Of a stretch of 64,000 nt of DNA, positions 54,591-63,637 are shown in pieces. The stretch's first letter is position 1. Each line of letters opens with the position of its first letter. The notes beneath the pieces were generated by a model. It saw only the letters and a program-made list of their open reading frames with translations. It was not told the origin of the DNA and searched no databases. The translations under genes were made by a program, and so were the position numbers. This stretch comes from Acidimicrobiales bacterium (GTDB lineage: Bacteria; Actinomycetota; Acidimicrobiia; Acidimicrobiales; JBBRAZ01), in contig JBBRAZ010000002.1 in NCBI GenBank assembly GCA_038206295.1, positions 39,267 through 103,266 on the forward strand, written 5' to 3'.

Positions 54591-56819
54591 ATGTTGTCGC
54601 ATAACTCACAGCCGTCGTCGACCTCCAGCCGTCCCGCTCCTGTTCGTGGCGGCTGGTCGCCGCGCCGCTCGCGCCCGGCGCTCGTGGTGGTCGCGCTGCT
54701 GGCCGCGACGCTGGCCGCGTGCTCCGGTGACGACGCGCGGGACGCGGCGACCACGACCACGCAGGCTGCGGCCCCCGCCGGCGACCTGCTGGTGGTGGAC
54801 GTCGAGGCGCTGAGCATCGAGGAGCAGCTCACCTTCGCGGCGCTCCAGGGCATCGTGAACCGCGACGCCCCCACGCTCTACCTCGTGGGTCTGCGCAGCG
54901 CGCAGGACTTCGACGTGGATCCCTCCGGCGAGGTCTGGCTGACCGACGCCGTCGACCTGCCCACCGAGCGCATCGAACCCGACGAGGCGCTGCGCCGGCT
55001 CCTGCCGCGCACCGAGGGCCTCGTCGTGTGGGACCCCGAGGTCCCGTACGAGAGCCAGGACGTCGCCACGACGATCGCCGGCCTCGAGGACCTCGTCCCT
55101 GTCGACCCGGCCACCGCCGAGCGCCTCACCGAGGACTTCGGCGTCGAGGTCGTGCGCGACCTGCGCGACCTCGAGCTCACCACCGGCTACGAGTTCATCG
55201 AGTGGGCCCTCGACGAGCTCGAGCCTGCCGAGCCCTACCCGTTCCCGGTGTGGACCGGCCGGCCGCGCAACGGCAAGCCCATCCAGCCGGGCCTGCGCGA
55301 CTGGGCCGTCATGCACCGAGCGTTCGTGTTCGACGCCGACCCCGCCGCCGAGGGGGCCCTGCTGCGCCGGGTGCTCGACCTGTTCCCGGCGGGCACGCCC
55401 GTCTACGGCTACCCGTTCTTCGACACCGAGGTGTACGCCAACATCGGCCTGCCGGTGAACGAGTCGGTCGCCGCGGGGATCGTTGCGGAGGAGGGCCACT
55501 GGCTGGTCCCCACCACCGACGCCGCCAACCTCTCGGTGCACGTGCACCAGGGCCCCGCCACCGCGAAGGCGCCCTGGGATGACACGCCGCGCACCCCGGA
55601 CCCGGACACCACCTACGTGGCGTTCACCATCTCCGACGGCGACGCCATGGGCTACAACGAGACGCTGCTGCGCCACCTCCACCTCGACGACCTCGACGAG
55701 AGCTCGGTGCCCGTCGGCGTGAGCATCTCGCCCTACCTCGCCTCCGACGCGCCGCGCCTGTGGGACTGGATGATCGAGAACGTCCCCGACCAGATCCGCT
55801 TCGTCGCCGGGCCCAGCGGCGCCGGCTACGCGTACCCGTACGCCATGTCGGACCTCGACGGCTACCTCGACCACAGCAAGGCGAGGCTCGACGAGCTCGG
55901 CCTGCGCTCGACGTGGATCCTCGAGCCGCCCCTCACCCCGTCGCCGACCCTCGACGTGCTCGAGCGCTTCGTGGCGCGCACCGACCCGTCGCTGCTGCTC
56001 ACCGACTACGGCGGCAGCCCGCCGGAGCCGCCGACGGTGCAGTTCGTCGACGGCGTGCCCGTCGTGCACACCGTCACCATCTCCAACGACTCGATGGACA
56101 TGGCCGCCATCATCCGAGCGGTGGCCGCCACCCAGCCCCCCGGCGCCCGCTTCGTGTCGATCGGGCTCATCGCGTGGGGCGTGAACGCCGAGGACGCTGC
56201 GGCCGCGATGGCCGAGCTCGGCGACGGGTTCGAGGCCGTCCCCACCGACGCCTTCGCCGGCTACCTGCGCGGCGCCCACGCCGAGGGCTACGAGGGCAGC
56301 GGCGAGCCGCCGCGGGTGCCGCCGGCGCCCGAGCCGGGCCAGTGCCGCGCCACGGTCACCACCATGGATGCCACCGGCGATCCCTTCGCTCGCCGGTTCC
56401 TCGCCTCGCTGCTCGCCGCCACGTCGCTCGACACGTCGCTCGCCGTCGAGGCCACCTCCGGCGGGGCGACGATCAGCGTCGACACCGACGCCCTGGCCGC
56501 GGACGCCCTGGCGTTCGCCGCCAGCAACTTCGCCCTGGCGTATGGCCCGAAGGCCATCGAGACCGCGGACATCGACGTCGCGCTGCGCGACCTGCGCATC
56601 GACGGCACCGACCTCGTCGCCACGAGCGACCTCGAGGTGGCCACCGACGCGCCCGAGGGCCGCGTCGAGGTCGAGCTCGAGGGCGACGCCCCTACCGGCG
56701 CGCTCACCGACCCGCAGATCACCGCCGAGCTCGACGTCACCGCCACCTACGACCCCGGCGACGGGCCCATCGAGGTGTCGGTGTTCGGCCCCGTGGCCTG
56801 CGCGCCCGCGGCGCCCTGA
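54591..56819 (+). CDS. GxGYxYP-family putative glycoside hydrolase, lipoprotein
   Basis: The eponymous motif is GPSGAGYAYPY. Lipobox is LAACSGDD. Confidence 0.75.
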   Translation: MLSHNSQPSSTSSRPAPVRGGWSPRRSRPALVVVALLAATLAACSGDDARDAATTTTQAAAPAGDLLVVDVEALSIEEQLTFAALQGIVNRDAPTLYLVGLRSAQDFDVDPSGEVWLTDAVDLPTERIEPDEALRRLLPRTEGLVVWDPEVPYESQDVATTIAGLEDLVPVDPATAERLTEDFGVEVVRDLRDLELTTGYEFIEWALDELEPAEPYPFPVWTGRPRNGKPIQPGLRDWAVMHRAFVFDADPAAEGALLRRVLDLFPAGTPVYGYPFFDTEVYANIGLPVNESVAAGIVAEEGHWLVPTTDAANLSVHVHQGPATAKAPWDDTPRTPDPDTTYVAFTISDGDAMGYNETLLRHLHLDDLDESSVPVGVSISPYLASDAPRLWDWMIENVPDQIRFVAGPSGAGYAYPYAMSDLDGYLDHSKARLDELGLRSTWILEPPLTPSPTLDVLERFVARTDPSLLLTDYGGSPPEPPTVQFVDGVPVVHTVTISNDSMDMAAIIRAVAATQPPGARFVSIGLIAWGVNAEDAAAAMAELGDGFEAVPTDAFAGYLRGAHAEGYEGSGEPPRVPPAPEPGQCRATVTTMDATGDPFARRFLASLLAATSLDTSLAVEATSGGATISVDTDALAADALAFAASNFALAYGPKAIETADIDVALRDLRIDGTDLVATSDLEVATDAPEGRVEVELEGDAPTGALTDPQITAELDVTATYDPGDGPIEVSVFGPVACAPAAP

Positions 56820-56841
56820 GCGACGCTGCGGGCAGGCCCGC

Positions 56842-58314
56842 TCAGAGGCGGTCCAGCACCTCGGCCGCGGCGCGGTCGCCGCTGCGGATCGCACCCTCCA
56901 TGTAGCCGCTGCGGGTGTCGGTGTGCTCGCCGGCCATGTGGATGTTGCCGACGGGGGCGCGCACCGCATTCCAGAAGCGGTGCACCTGGCCAGGTGCGAA
57001 CGCCACGTAGGTGCCGTTGGAGAACTGCTCGGTGTGCCACATCACCGACGCCGAGCCGACGACGTCGCCGGTGGGCTCCATGAGCTGCGTCACGTCGCGC
57101 TGCGCATCAGCGATGCGCTGCTGCGCGCTGCGGTTGCCTGCCGATGCGCCGGCCGGGCCGCCGGTGTACGTGGTGAGGATGCCGCCGCGGCCGTCCTGGC
57201 CGATGGTCGCCTCGTAGAGCGAGCCGATGTCGAGGTCGGTCGTGGCGTCGCCCGACCACCCTTGGTCGCTCCACCACCGCCGGTCGTACTGCAGCATGGT
57301 CTTGCCGCCGAGGCCGTAGCCCAGATCGGCGATCGCCCCGGCGAGGTCGCGCGGCAGCGGCGCATCGAACTCGACCGAGCGCAGCGGCGCCAACGGCGTG
57401 GCGAGGATGACGTGGCTCGCCGCCACCGTGCCGTCGTCGGTGTGCAGCACCACGCGGTCGCCGCGGTCGTCGATGCGCCGCACCGGTCGCCCGGTCTCGA
57501 CGCGCTCGACGCGCTCGGCGAGCAGCTGGGCGATCTGCTGGGAGCCGCCGCGGATCCGCCAGGCCTCCGAGGCTGTCTCCTCCCAGTTCGTGGCGCTGAC
57601 CTGGAGGTAGTAGAGCCACGACAGGTCGTAGGGGTCGACCATGTACTCGTCGAGCACGACGTGGTCGACGAGGAACCGTGCGCCGGCGGAGAGGTCGAGC
57701 GCGTCCAGCGCGTCGCCCACCGACAGGTCGTCCAGCTCAGCGGCGCCCTCGGAGCGCGTCGGGTCCTCGACATCGATGGCATCGACGAGATCGCTGACCG
57801 CGGAGCGGAACGTGGGCATCCCCTCCAGCGCGCCCGGCGTTCGGATGAAGTACTCGACGAGCTCCATCGTACGGCCCCCGCGCCGCAGCAGCAGCGGGGT
57901 CTCCGCGTCCTCGCCCGAGTCGTCGAGCTCGAGGCCGAGCTCGTCCACGAGCTCGCGCAGGCGAGTGTGCTCGCCGTTGACGAACTCGCCCCCAGCGTTG
58001 ACGTACTGGTCCTCGGCGAACGGCTCGCGCAGCGTCCAGGTGCGTCCGCCCACGCGCTCGCGGGCCTCGAGCACACGGACCGCCACCCCCTCGGCGGCGA
58101 GCCGCGTGGCGGCGGTGAGGCCGGCCAGGCCGGCCCCGACGATCACGACGGGATCCGGGCCCCGCGGCCCCGCGGTCGTCGACGTCGGGCTCATCGAGGT
58201 GCTGGCCGAACCGCCGTCGTCCGCGCAGGCACCGAGGGCGAGCGCGGCAGCGCCTGCGCCCGCACCGGCCAGGAACCAGCGCCGGGTCAGCTCGTCCGCG
58301 GTCGGGCGCGCCAT
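56842..58314 (-). CDS. flavin-containing amine oxidase family protein with TAT signal/lipobox
   Basis: The twin-arginine signal is TRRWFLAGAG...LGAC. The FAD motif is VVIVGAGLAGL...EARERVGGR. Confidence 0.85.
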   Translation of the reverse strand: MARPTADELTRRWFLAGAGAGAAALALGACADDGGSASTSMSPTSTTAGPRGPDPVVIVGAGLAGLTAATRLAAEGVAVRVLEARERVGGRTWTLREPFAEDQYVNAGGEFVNGEHTRLRELVDELGLELDDSGEDAETPLLLRRGGRTMELVEYFIRTPGALEGMPTFRSAVSDLVDAIDVEDPTRSEGAAELDDLSVGDALDALDLSAGARFLVDHVVLDEYMVDPYDLSWLYYLQVSATNWEETASEAWRIRGGSQQIAQLLAERVERVETGRPVRRIDDRGDRVVLHTDDGTVAASHVILATPLAPLRSVEFDAPLPRDLAGAIADLGYGLGGKTMLQYDRRWWSDQGWSGDATTDLDIGSLYEATIGQDGRGGILTTYTGGPAGASAGNRSAQQRIADAQRDVTQLMEPTGDVVGSASVMWHTEQFSNGTYVAFAPGQVHRFWNAVRAPVGNIHMAGEHTDTRSGYMEGAIRSGDRAAAEVLDRL

Positions 58315-59240
58315 CAGCGCGCCGTTCCGTCGCCGAGCACGTCGTCGAGGAACGCGTCGCGCGAGGCGGCGAACGCTCGCACCACCGGTGCCCTCCGGGC
58401 GATGCCGTCGAACGCGTGGAACGCGCCGGGCACGACCTCGAGCTCGCACCTCACCCCGGCCTCGCGCAGGCGCTGCGCGTACGCGACATCCTCGTCGTGG
58501 AACACGTCGTTGGTGCCGACGCCGATCCACGCCTGCGGCAGCCCAGCGAGGTCGTCGTGGCGTGACGGTGCGGCGAGGCCCGAGATGGCGGGTGAGCCCG
58601 GCGGTCGACCGAGGTACGAGGCCCAGCCGAAGCGGTTGGACGCGTTGTCCCACCCCCGCACGTCGAGCCGGTCGTAGCTGGGGTCGACTGCCGTGCGGTC
58701 ATCGAGCATGGGGTAGGTGAGCACCTGCGCGACGGGCGCGACCTCGCCCCGGTCGCGCGCCAGCAGCGCGAGCGCGGCGGCGAGCCCGGCGCCCGCGCTG
58801 GCCCCGGCGATGGCGACGCGCGTCGCGTCCACCTCCGGGCGCGCTGCGAGCCACACCAGCGCGTCATGGCAGTCGTGCAGCGGCGTGGGGAACGGGTGCT
58901 CGGGAGCAAGGCGGTAGTCGACCGCGGCGACGAGGGCACCGTGGTGGCGAGCCAGGCGCGCACACAGCTTGTCGTCCTGCGCGGCATTTCCGATGACGTA
59001 GCCGCCGCCGTGGATCCACAGCACCGCCGGGAGCGGGCCGTCGGCGGCGCCGGGGTGGTGCAGCCGCACGCTGACCCCACCGACAGGCAGCACCTCGACG
59101 CCATCGCGCGGGCGATCGGCCAGCGCGAGGAACCGTCGTACTGTCGAGAGCGAGCGCGGTCCGATGAGGTGGCGGGGCAGGACGCGCGCGATGCGCCGGA
59201 GATCCGGGTGCACCGGGTCGCCGGTGCGCGGCGCGCCCAT
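58314..59240 (-). CDS. alpha/beta hydrolase (HSL-type esterase/lipase)
   Basis: The oxyanion motif is HGGGY. The nucleophile elbow is GASAGAG. Its stop overlaps the downstream start (ATGA). Confidence 0.85.
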   Translation of the reverse strand: MGAPRTGDPVHPDLRRIARVLPRHLIGPRSLSTVRRFLALADRPRDGVEVLPVGGVSVRLHHPGAADGPLPAVLWIHGGGYVIGNAAQDDKLCARLARHHGALVAAVDYRLAPEHPFPTPLHDCHDALVWLAARPEVDATRVAIAGASAGAGLAAALALLARDRGEVAPVAQVLTYPMLDDRTAVDPSYDRLDVRGWDNASNRFGWASYLGRPPGSPAISGLAAPSRHDDLAGLPQAWIGVGTNDVFHDEDVAYAQRLREAGVRCELEVVPGAFHAFDGIARRAPVVRAFAASRDAFLDDVLGDGTAR

Positions 59241-59246
59241 CGGGGG

Positions 59247-60683
59247 TCAGCTCTCGTCGCAGCCCGATGGCGGCGGATCGCCGGCGAAGCGCGCGGTCAG
59301 CCACGCGGCCGCGTCCTCCGCGGAGTCGGCCATGACCTCGTCGTGGCCGGCGCCGGGGTAGGTGCGGTACTCGATCGGGGCGCCGCTCTCGCACAGGTCG
59401 GCGACGAGCTGCGCGGTGATCGGTGGGAGGACGTCGGGGTCGGCCTCGCCCTGCACCACCAGCATCGGCCCCTGCACCTCGGCGGGGTCGTATGCCGCCC
59501 ACTCGGAGAGCACCTCGGCGAGGCGCTCCCCGACCTCGGGACCTGTGAGCATGTCGGCGGGATCGATGTCGTCGAAGCCGGGGACGGCCTCCTCCCAGCA
59601 CCCGTGCGTGAGCAGCGCCTCGCGCGTCTTGGCCACCGGGCCGAGGGCGACCCGCGGGTCCAGGTCCGGCGCGACGCCGGCGACGGCCTCGAGCAGCAGC
59701 ACCGCGTAGCCGCGGCCCTCGATCTGGAACATGAACGGGGCATACGTGCCGAGCGGCGGCGTGGGTGCGGCGACCACCGACCCGGCGTACTCGAGCTCGG
59801 GCAGCGCGTCGGCGGTGCGGGCGTCGGTGGCGAGCGCGGCGAGGCCGCCCTCGGAGTGGCCGACGGTCGCCCACTGCGAGGTGAGCGGCCCGGCCTCGTC
59901 GAGCTGGTGCGCGGCGGCGACCGAGTCGATGGTGGCGTGCGCCAGGTCCTCGCTGCGGTGGTAGGTGTGCACGCCCGGCGTGCCGAGGCCGTGGTAGTCG
60001 GTGGCGGCGACCACGAAGCCGGCGTCGAGCAGGCTGCGGCCCTCCGCTCCGTAGTCGTCGTAGAAGAGGTTGCCCGTGGCGCTCGGCGCGCAGCGGTCCG
60101 CGATGCCGGTGGTGCCGTGCGCCCACGCCACCACGGGGCGGCCGCCGTCGGGGGCGGGGCCCTCGGGGACGAGCACGATGCCGCTCACCACCGCGGCCAT
60201 GCCCTCGGCGTCGGTCGAGCGGTAGAGGACGCGCCAGCCCGACGCGCCGGCGAGCGGTCCGGTGAGCTCGACCTCTTCGCTGCGCAGCACGTCGCCCGGC
60301 TCGGCGTTGGCGACCTCGTCGGCATCCAGCGTCGTGACGTCGTAGAAGGCCGGATCGGCGGTCGCCTCGGGGCTCGGGCCGTACGGGCGGGGAGCGTCGG
60401 GCAGCGGCACGTCGGGCGCGCCCCAGTCGCTCGGGTGCTGCGCCGGGATGATGTACGCCTCGCCCTCGGGCGTGGTGCCGCCGGTGGAGGTGGTGACACC
60501 GTCGATGCTCTCGGGCGACGTCGAGGTGGTGGTGCTGCTGGTGGTGGAGTCGCTGCTGCACGCGCCGGCCAGGAGGGCCATGGCGACGAGTGCGGCGGCA
60601 CCACTGGTGCGGGTGGAGAGGTTCACGGCGTTCACCGTATCCAAGTGGCGGCTGCGGATCTCGGTGGATGGCGTCGCGCACAC
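59247..60683 (-). CDS. secreted lipase-family alpha/beta hydrolase (start uncertain; GTG 60626/60635 possible)
   Basis: Lipobox is LLAGACSSD. The nucleophile elbow is GHSEGG. The C-terminal acid/His region is GEADPDV...GAGHDE. Confidence 0.7.
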   Translation of the reverse strand: MCATPSTEIRSRHLDTVNAVNLSTRTSGAAALVAMALLAGACSSDSTTSSTTTSTSPESIDGVTTSTGGTTPEGEAYIIPAQHPSDWGAPDVPLPDAPRPYGPSPEATADPAFYDVTTLDADEVANAEPGDVLRSEEVELTGPLAGASGWRVLYRSTDAEGMAAVVSGIVLVPEGPAPDGGRPVVAWAHGTTGIADRCAPSATGNLFYDDYGAEGRSLLDAGFVVAATDYHGLGTPGVHTYHRSEDLAHATIDSVAAAHQLDEAGPLTSQWATVGHSEGGLAALATDARTADALPELEYAGSVVAAPTPPLGTYAPFMFQIEGRGYAVLLLEAVAGVAPDLDPRVALGPVAKTREALLTHGCWEEAVPGFDDIDPADMLTGPEVGERLAEVLSEWAAYDPAEVQGPMLVVQGEADPDVLPPITAQLVADLCESGAPIEYRTYPGAGHDEVMADSAEDAAAWLTARFAGDPPPSGCDES

Positions 60684-60741
60684 TGGACCATCGAGCGGAG
60701 GAGGTCGTCTAGAAACATATACCTCTGTCTATACTTCTCCC

Positions 60742-60993
60742 ATGGCGATCAGCATCAAGAACGCCGAGGCCGACCGGCTGGCCCGTGAGCTCGCCGCAAC
60801 GACGGGGGAGTCGCTGACTGAGGCGATCCTGCAAGCGTTGCGCGAGCGGCTCGCTCGGCAGGAGCGGGCCCGCGGGCGCGGCATCGCAGGTCGACTCGAG
60901 CGGTTGGGGCGGGAGTTCGCTCAGCTGGAGGTGATCGACGCCCGCAGCGCGGATGAGATCCTCGGCTACGACTCCCACGGGTTGCCGACGTGA
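60742..60993 (+). CDS. vapB: VapB-type antitoxin (FitA/Rv0623-like)
   Basis: The N-terminus is MAISIKNAEADRLARELA. It overlaps the PIN gene by 4 nt. Confidence 0.8.
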   Translation: MAISIKNAEADRLARELAATTGESLTEAILQALRERLARQERARGRGIAGRLERLGREFAQLEVIDARSADEILGYDSHGLPT

Positions 60994-61400
60994 GCGCAGC
61001 CGACGTGGTGGTGATCGATACCTCTGCGGTCATCGCGATCCTCCAGGAGGAGCCGGGTGCCGCGGTGCTCGCCAGGGCGATGGAGAACGCTCACGTCCGT
61101 CTGCTCAGCGCCGCATCGTTCGTGGAGGCAGGGATCGTCCTCGAGGCTCGGGTCGGTCCAGCAGGCCAGGGCATGCTCGAGCGCTTCGTCGCCGATGGCG
61201 AGGTCGAGGTCATCTCGCTCACGCGGGTCCACGCGCGGGCCGCGGTCGACGGCTTCCGTCGGTATGGCAAGGGTCGCCACCCGGCGGCGCTCAACCTGGG
61301 CGACTGCTTCGTGTACGGATTCGCCGTGGAGGAGGACGCCACGGTCCTCTGCACCGGCGATGACTTCGCCCTGACCGACATCCCGGTCATCGCGGTGTAG
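60990..61400 (+). CDS. vapC: VapC-type PIN-domain toxin
   Basis: The PIN motifs are VVIDTSAVIAIL, LNLGDCFVYGFA and LCTGDDF. Confidence 0.9.
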   Translation: MSAADVVVIDTSAVIAILQEEPGAAVLARAMENAHVRLLSAASFVEAGIVLEARVGPAGQGMLERFVADGEVEVISLTRVHARAAVDGFRRYGKGRHPAALNLGDCFVYGFAVEEDATVLCTGDDFALTDIPVIAV

Positions 61401-61438
61401 CTGGACATCCGACGAGCAGCACGACGATGTGGTAGTCC

Positions 61439-62152
61439 GTGGGCATGCTGTTCAGTGCGCACGTGGTCGACACCGCACCGCTGACGGGACTGCGACGCTC
61501 CACCCCGCAGTCCGACGACGTCCCTGGCCTGCGCTCGGCGCGCACCGCGCTGGCCGCGCCGTTCACCCCTGGCGTGCTGCCGCGCCCCCAGCTCGGCCGC
61601 GAGGTGATGCTGGCGTGCTGGACCGACGAGGCGTCGCTGGACGCGTTCCTCGATGGCCACCCGACCGGTCGAGCCTTCGCCGAGGGCTGGCAGGTGCGCA
61701 TGGAGCTGGCCCGTGCGGTCGGCGTGTGGCCCGGCATCGACGACGACATGGACGCCGCGGCCACCAACCAGCGCACCGACGGGCCCGCGCTCGCCATCAC
61801 GATCGGCACCGCGTACCTGCGCTCGATCGTGGCGTTCTCGCGGGCCAACAGCCCGCTGGAGGACCAGTTCCTCGTCACCCCCAGCGGTCTGTGGGGCACA
61901 GCGATGTCGAACCTCCCGCAGCGCCTCGTGGCCACGCTCACCATCTGGCAGAGCGCGGATGCCGCAACCGACTACATGCGCTCGGGGGCGCACGGCGACG
62001 CGGCACGCACGCACTACGACCCGCAGAAGGACCCGACCGGGCACACCTTCACCACCGGCGGCGGGTTCTTCGGCTTCCGGCCGCTGTCGACCAGCGGCTC
62101 GCTCGGCGGGCGCAACCCTCTGCCCGCAGCGCTGCTCGCCGACCTGCTCTGA
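61439..62152 (+). CDS. hypothetical protein, tentatively spheroidene-monooxygenase (CrtA)-like family
   Basis: It is about 237 aa. The segment TLTIWQSADAATDYMRSGAHGDA resembles my recollection of the CrtA C-terminal region. The call is weak. Confidence 0.4.
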   Translation: MGMLFSAHVVDTAPLTGLRRSTPQSDDVPGLRSARTALAAPFTPGVLPRPQLGREVMLACWTDEASLDAFLDGHPTGRAFAEGWQVRMELARAVGVWPGIDDDMDAAATNQRTDGPALAITIGTAYLRSIVAFSRANSPLEDQFLVTPSGLWGTAMSNLPQRLVATLTIWQSADAATDYMRSGAHGDAARTHYDPQKDPTGHTFTTGGGFFGFRPLSTSGSLGGRNPLPAALLADLL

Positions 62153-62238
62153 TCGGCGCGATGCGCTGATCGCGTTGGGCCCGGTCCATCGAGCGCACCT
62201 ACCGTGAGCGCCGGGACGAGAGCAGCTGGGGGACGACG

Positions 62239-63390
62239 ATGAAGATCCGGTCACTCGCCGCGTGCGTGGCGCTGACGATGGTGGCGGGCGCGTGCGCCGG
62301 CGCCGAGGAGTCGTCCACGGCGACGGTTGCCGAGCCGACCACGACCGCGGTCCCCTCCGACGCGACCGCCACGTCCACCACCGTGGAGGGTGCCGCCGAG
62401 GATCCGACGGACATCGAGTGGGTGCAGCACCCCGGTGGTGAGGGCTGCGGCTGCGCGGACGGCAGCGACTTCCACTTCTGGTCGCGCACCGCGGACCCCG
62501 AGCGCGTCGTCCTCTACTTCATGGGCGGCGGCGCCTGCTTCAGCGCCGAGACGTGCGCCTTCTCCGGCGGAACCTACGTCTCGAGCGTGGCCGACACCAT
62601 GGACGCCGACTCGGGCATCTTCGACTTCGCCAACCCGGCGAACCCGCTGCGCGACTGGTCGGTCGTGTTCGTCCCCTACTGCACCGGCGACGTGCACATC
62701 GGCACCGCGGTGCACCGCTACACCGACGACCTGGAGGTGGCGCACATCGGATCGGTCAACGCCGCGAGCGCGCTCGACCACCTCGTGCAGAGCTTCCCCG
62801 ACGCGAAGGAGGTCTTCGTGACGGGCTCGAGCGCAGGCGGGGTGCCGGCGCCGATGGTCGGCGGGCTGGCCGCGGACGCGCTGCCCGACGCCGAGATCAC
62901 GGTGCTCGCGGATGGCTCCGGCGCCTACCCCGACAACCCTCCGGTCAACGCCGCCATCGGTGGGCTCTGGGGCACCTTCGAGGCGGTCCCCGACTGGCCC
63001 GTGAACGAAGGCCTCACGCCCGAGGACTGGAGCATCCCGGCGCTGTTCGTCCAGGCCGGCCTGCACGCACCCGACGTGCGAATGGCGCGCTTCGACAACG
63101 CGTACGACGAGGTGCAGTCGAGCTTCTCTCGCCTCTCCAAGATCGGCGGCGGCGACCAGCGCGAGGTGATCCTCGGCAACGAGGCCGGCATCGAGGACGC
63201 CGGCGTGCCCGTGCACCGCTACCTCGCCCCGGGCACCGACCACACCATCCTCGGCTCCGACGCGCTGTACACCCTCGAGGTCGAGGGCGTCTCGTTCCTC
63301 GACTGGCTGACGCGCTACGTCGGTGGCGAGGACGTCGAGGACGTCACCTGCACCGATTGCGGCAGCCCCGCTCCCGCCGAGGACGGCTGA
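62239..63390 (+). CDS. pectin-acetylesterase-family (PAE/Notum-like) secreted hydrolase
   Basis: Lipobox is MVAGACAG. The motifs YFMGGGACFSAETC, YCTGDVH and TGSSAGG are present. Confidence 0.7.
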   Translation: MKIRSLAACVALTMVAGACAGAEESSTATVAEPTTTAVPSDATATSTTVEGAAEDPTDIEWVQHPGGEGCGCADGSDFHFWSRTADPERVVLYFMGGGACFSAETCAFSGGTYVSSVADTMDADSGIFDFANPANPLRDWSVVFVPYCTGDVHIGTAVHRYTDDLEVAHIGSVNAASALDHLVQSFPDAKEVFVTGSSAGGVPAPMVGGLAADALPDAEITVLADGSGAYPDNPPVNAAIGGLWGTFEAVPDWPVNEGLTPEDWSIPALFVQAGLHAPDVRMARFDNAYDEVQSSFSRLSKIGGGDQREVILGNEAGIEDAGVPVHRYLAPGTDHTILGSDALYTLEVEGVSFLDWLTRYVGGEDVEDVTCTDCGSPAPAEDG

Positions 63391-63434
63391 TCCGTCGAAG
63401 CAGCAGCAGCGCTGCAAGAGGACGGCCGCGAGGA

Positions 63435-63526
63435 CCGCGTGAAAGCGCGACTGAAGGCCGCATGAAAGCGCGAGTGATGGCCGCGTGAAAGCGCGAGTGA
63501 CGGCCGCGTGAGAGCGACGGGCGTAC
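63435..63526. repeat. tandem 23-bp direct repeats upstream of the second DUF4143 ATPase gene
   Basis: Units are CCGCGTGAAAGCGCGACTGAAGG (63435), CCGCATGAAAGCGCGAGTGATGG (63458), CCGCGTGAAAGCGCGAGTGACGG (63481) and a degenerate unit at 63504. Confidence 0.85.
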
Positions 63527-63637
63527 CACAATCCCCGTGTTGTCCGGGGGATCGATTCCCAGATCTGTTAACTATCTCTCCATGGATTTGGTAATTAGTG
63601 GTACCCGAGAATGCTCATTTGCAGGTAGTCTCGGGCC

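Noticed and set aside
63412-63526. The tandem repeats here and at 16141-16232, considered as possible CRISPR arrays.
   Set aside because: The units are contiguous with no spacers, are only 23 bp long, and no cas genes are nearby. I classified them as tandem direct repeats instead.
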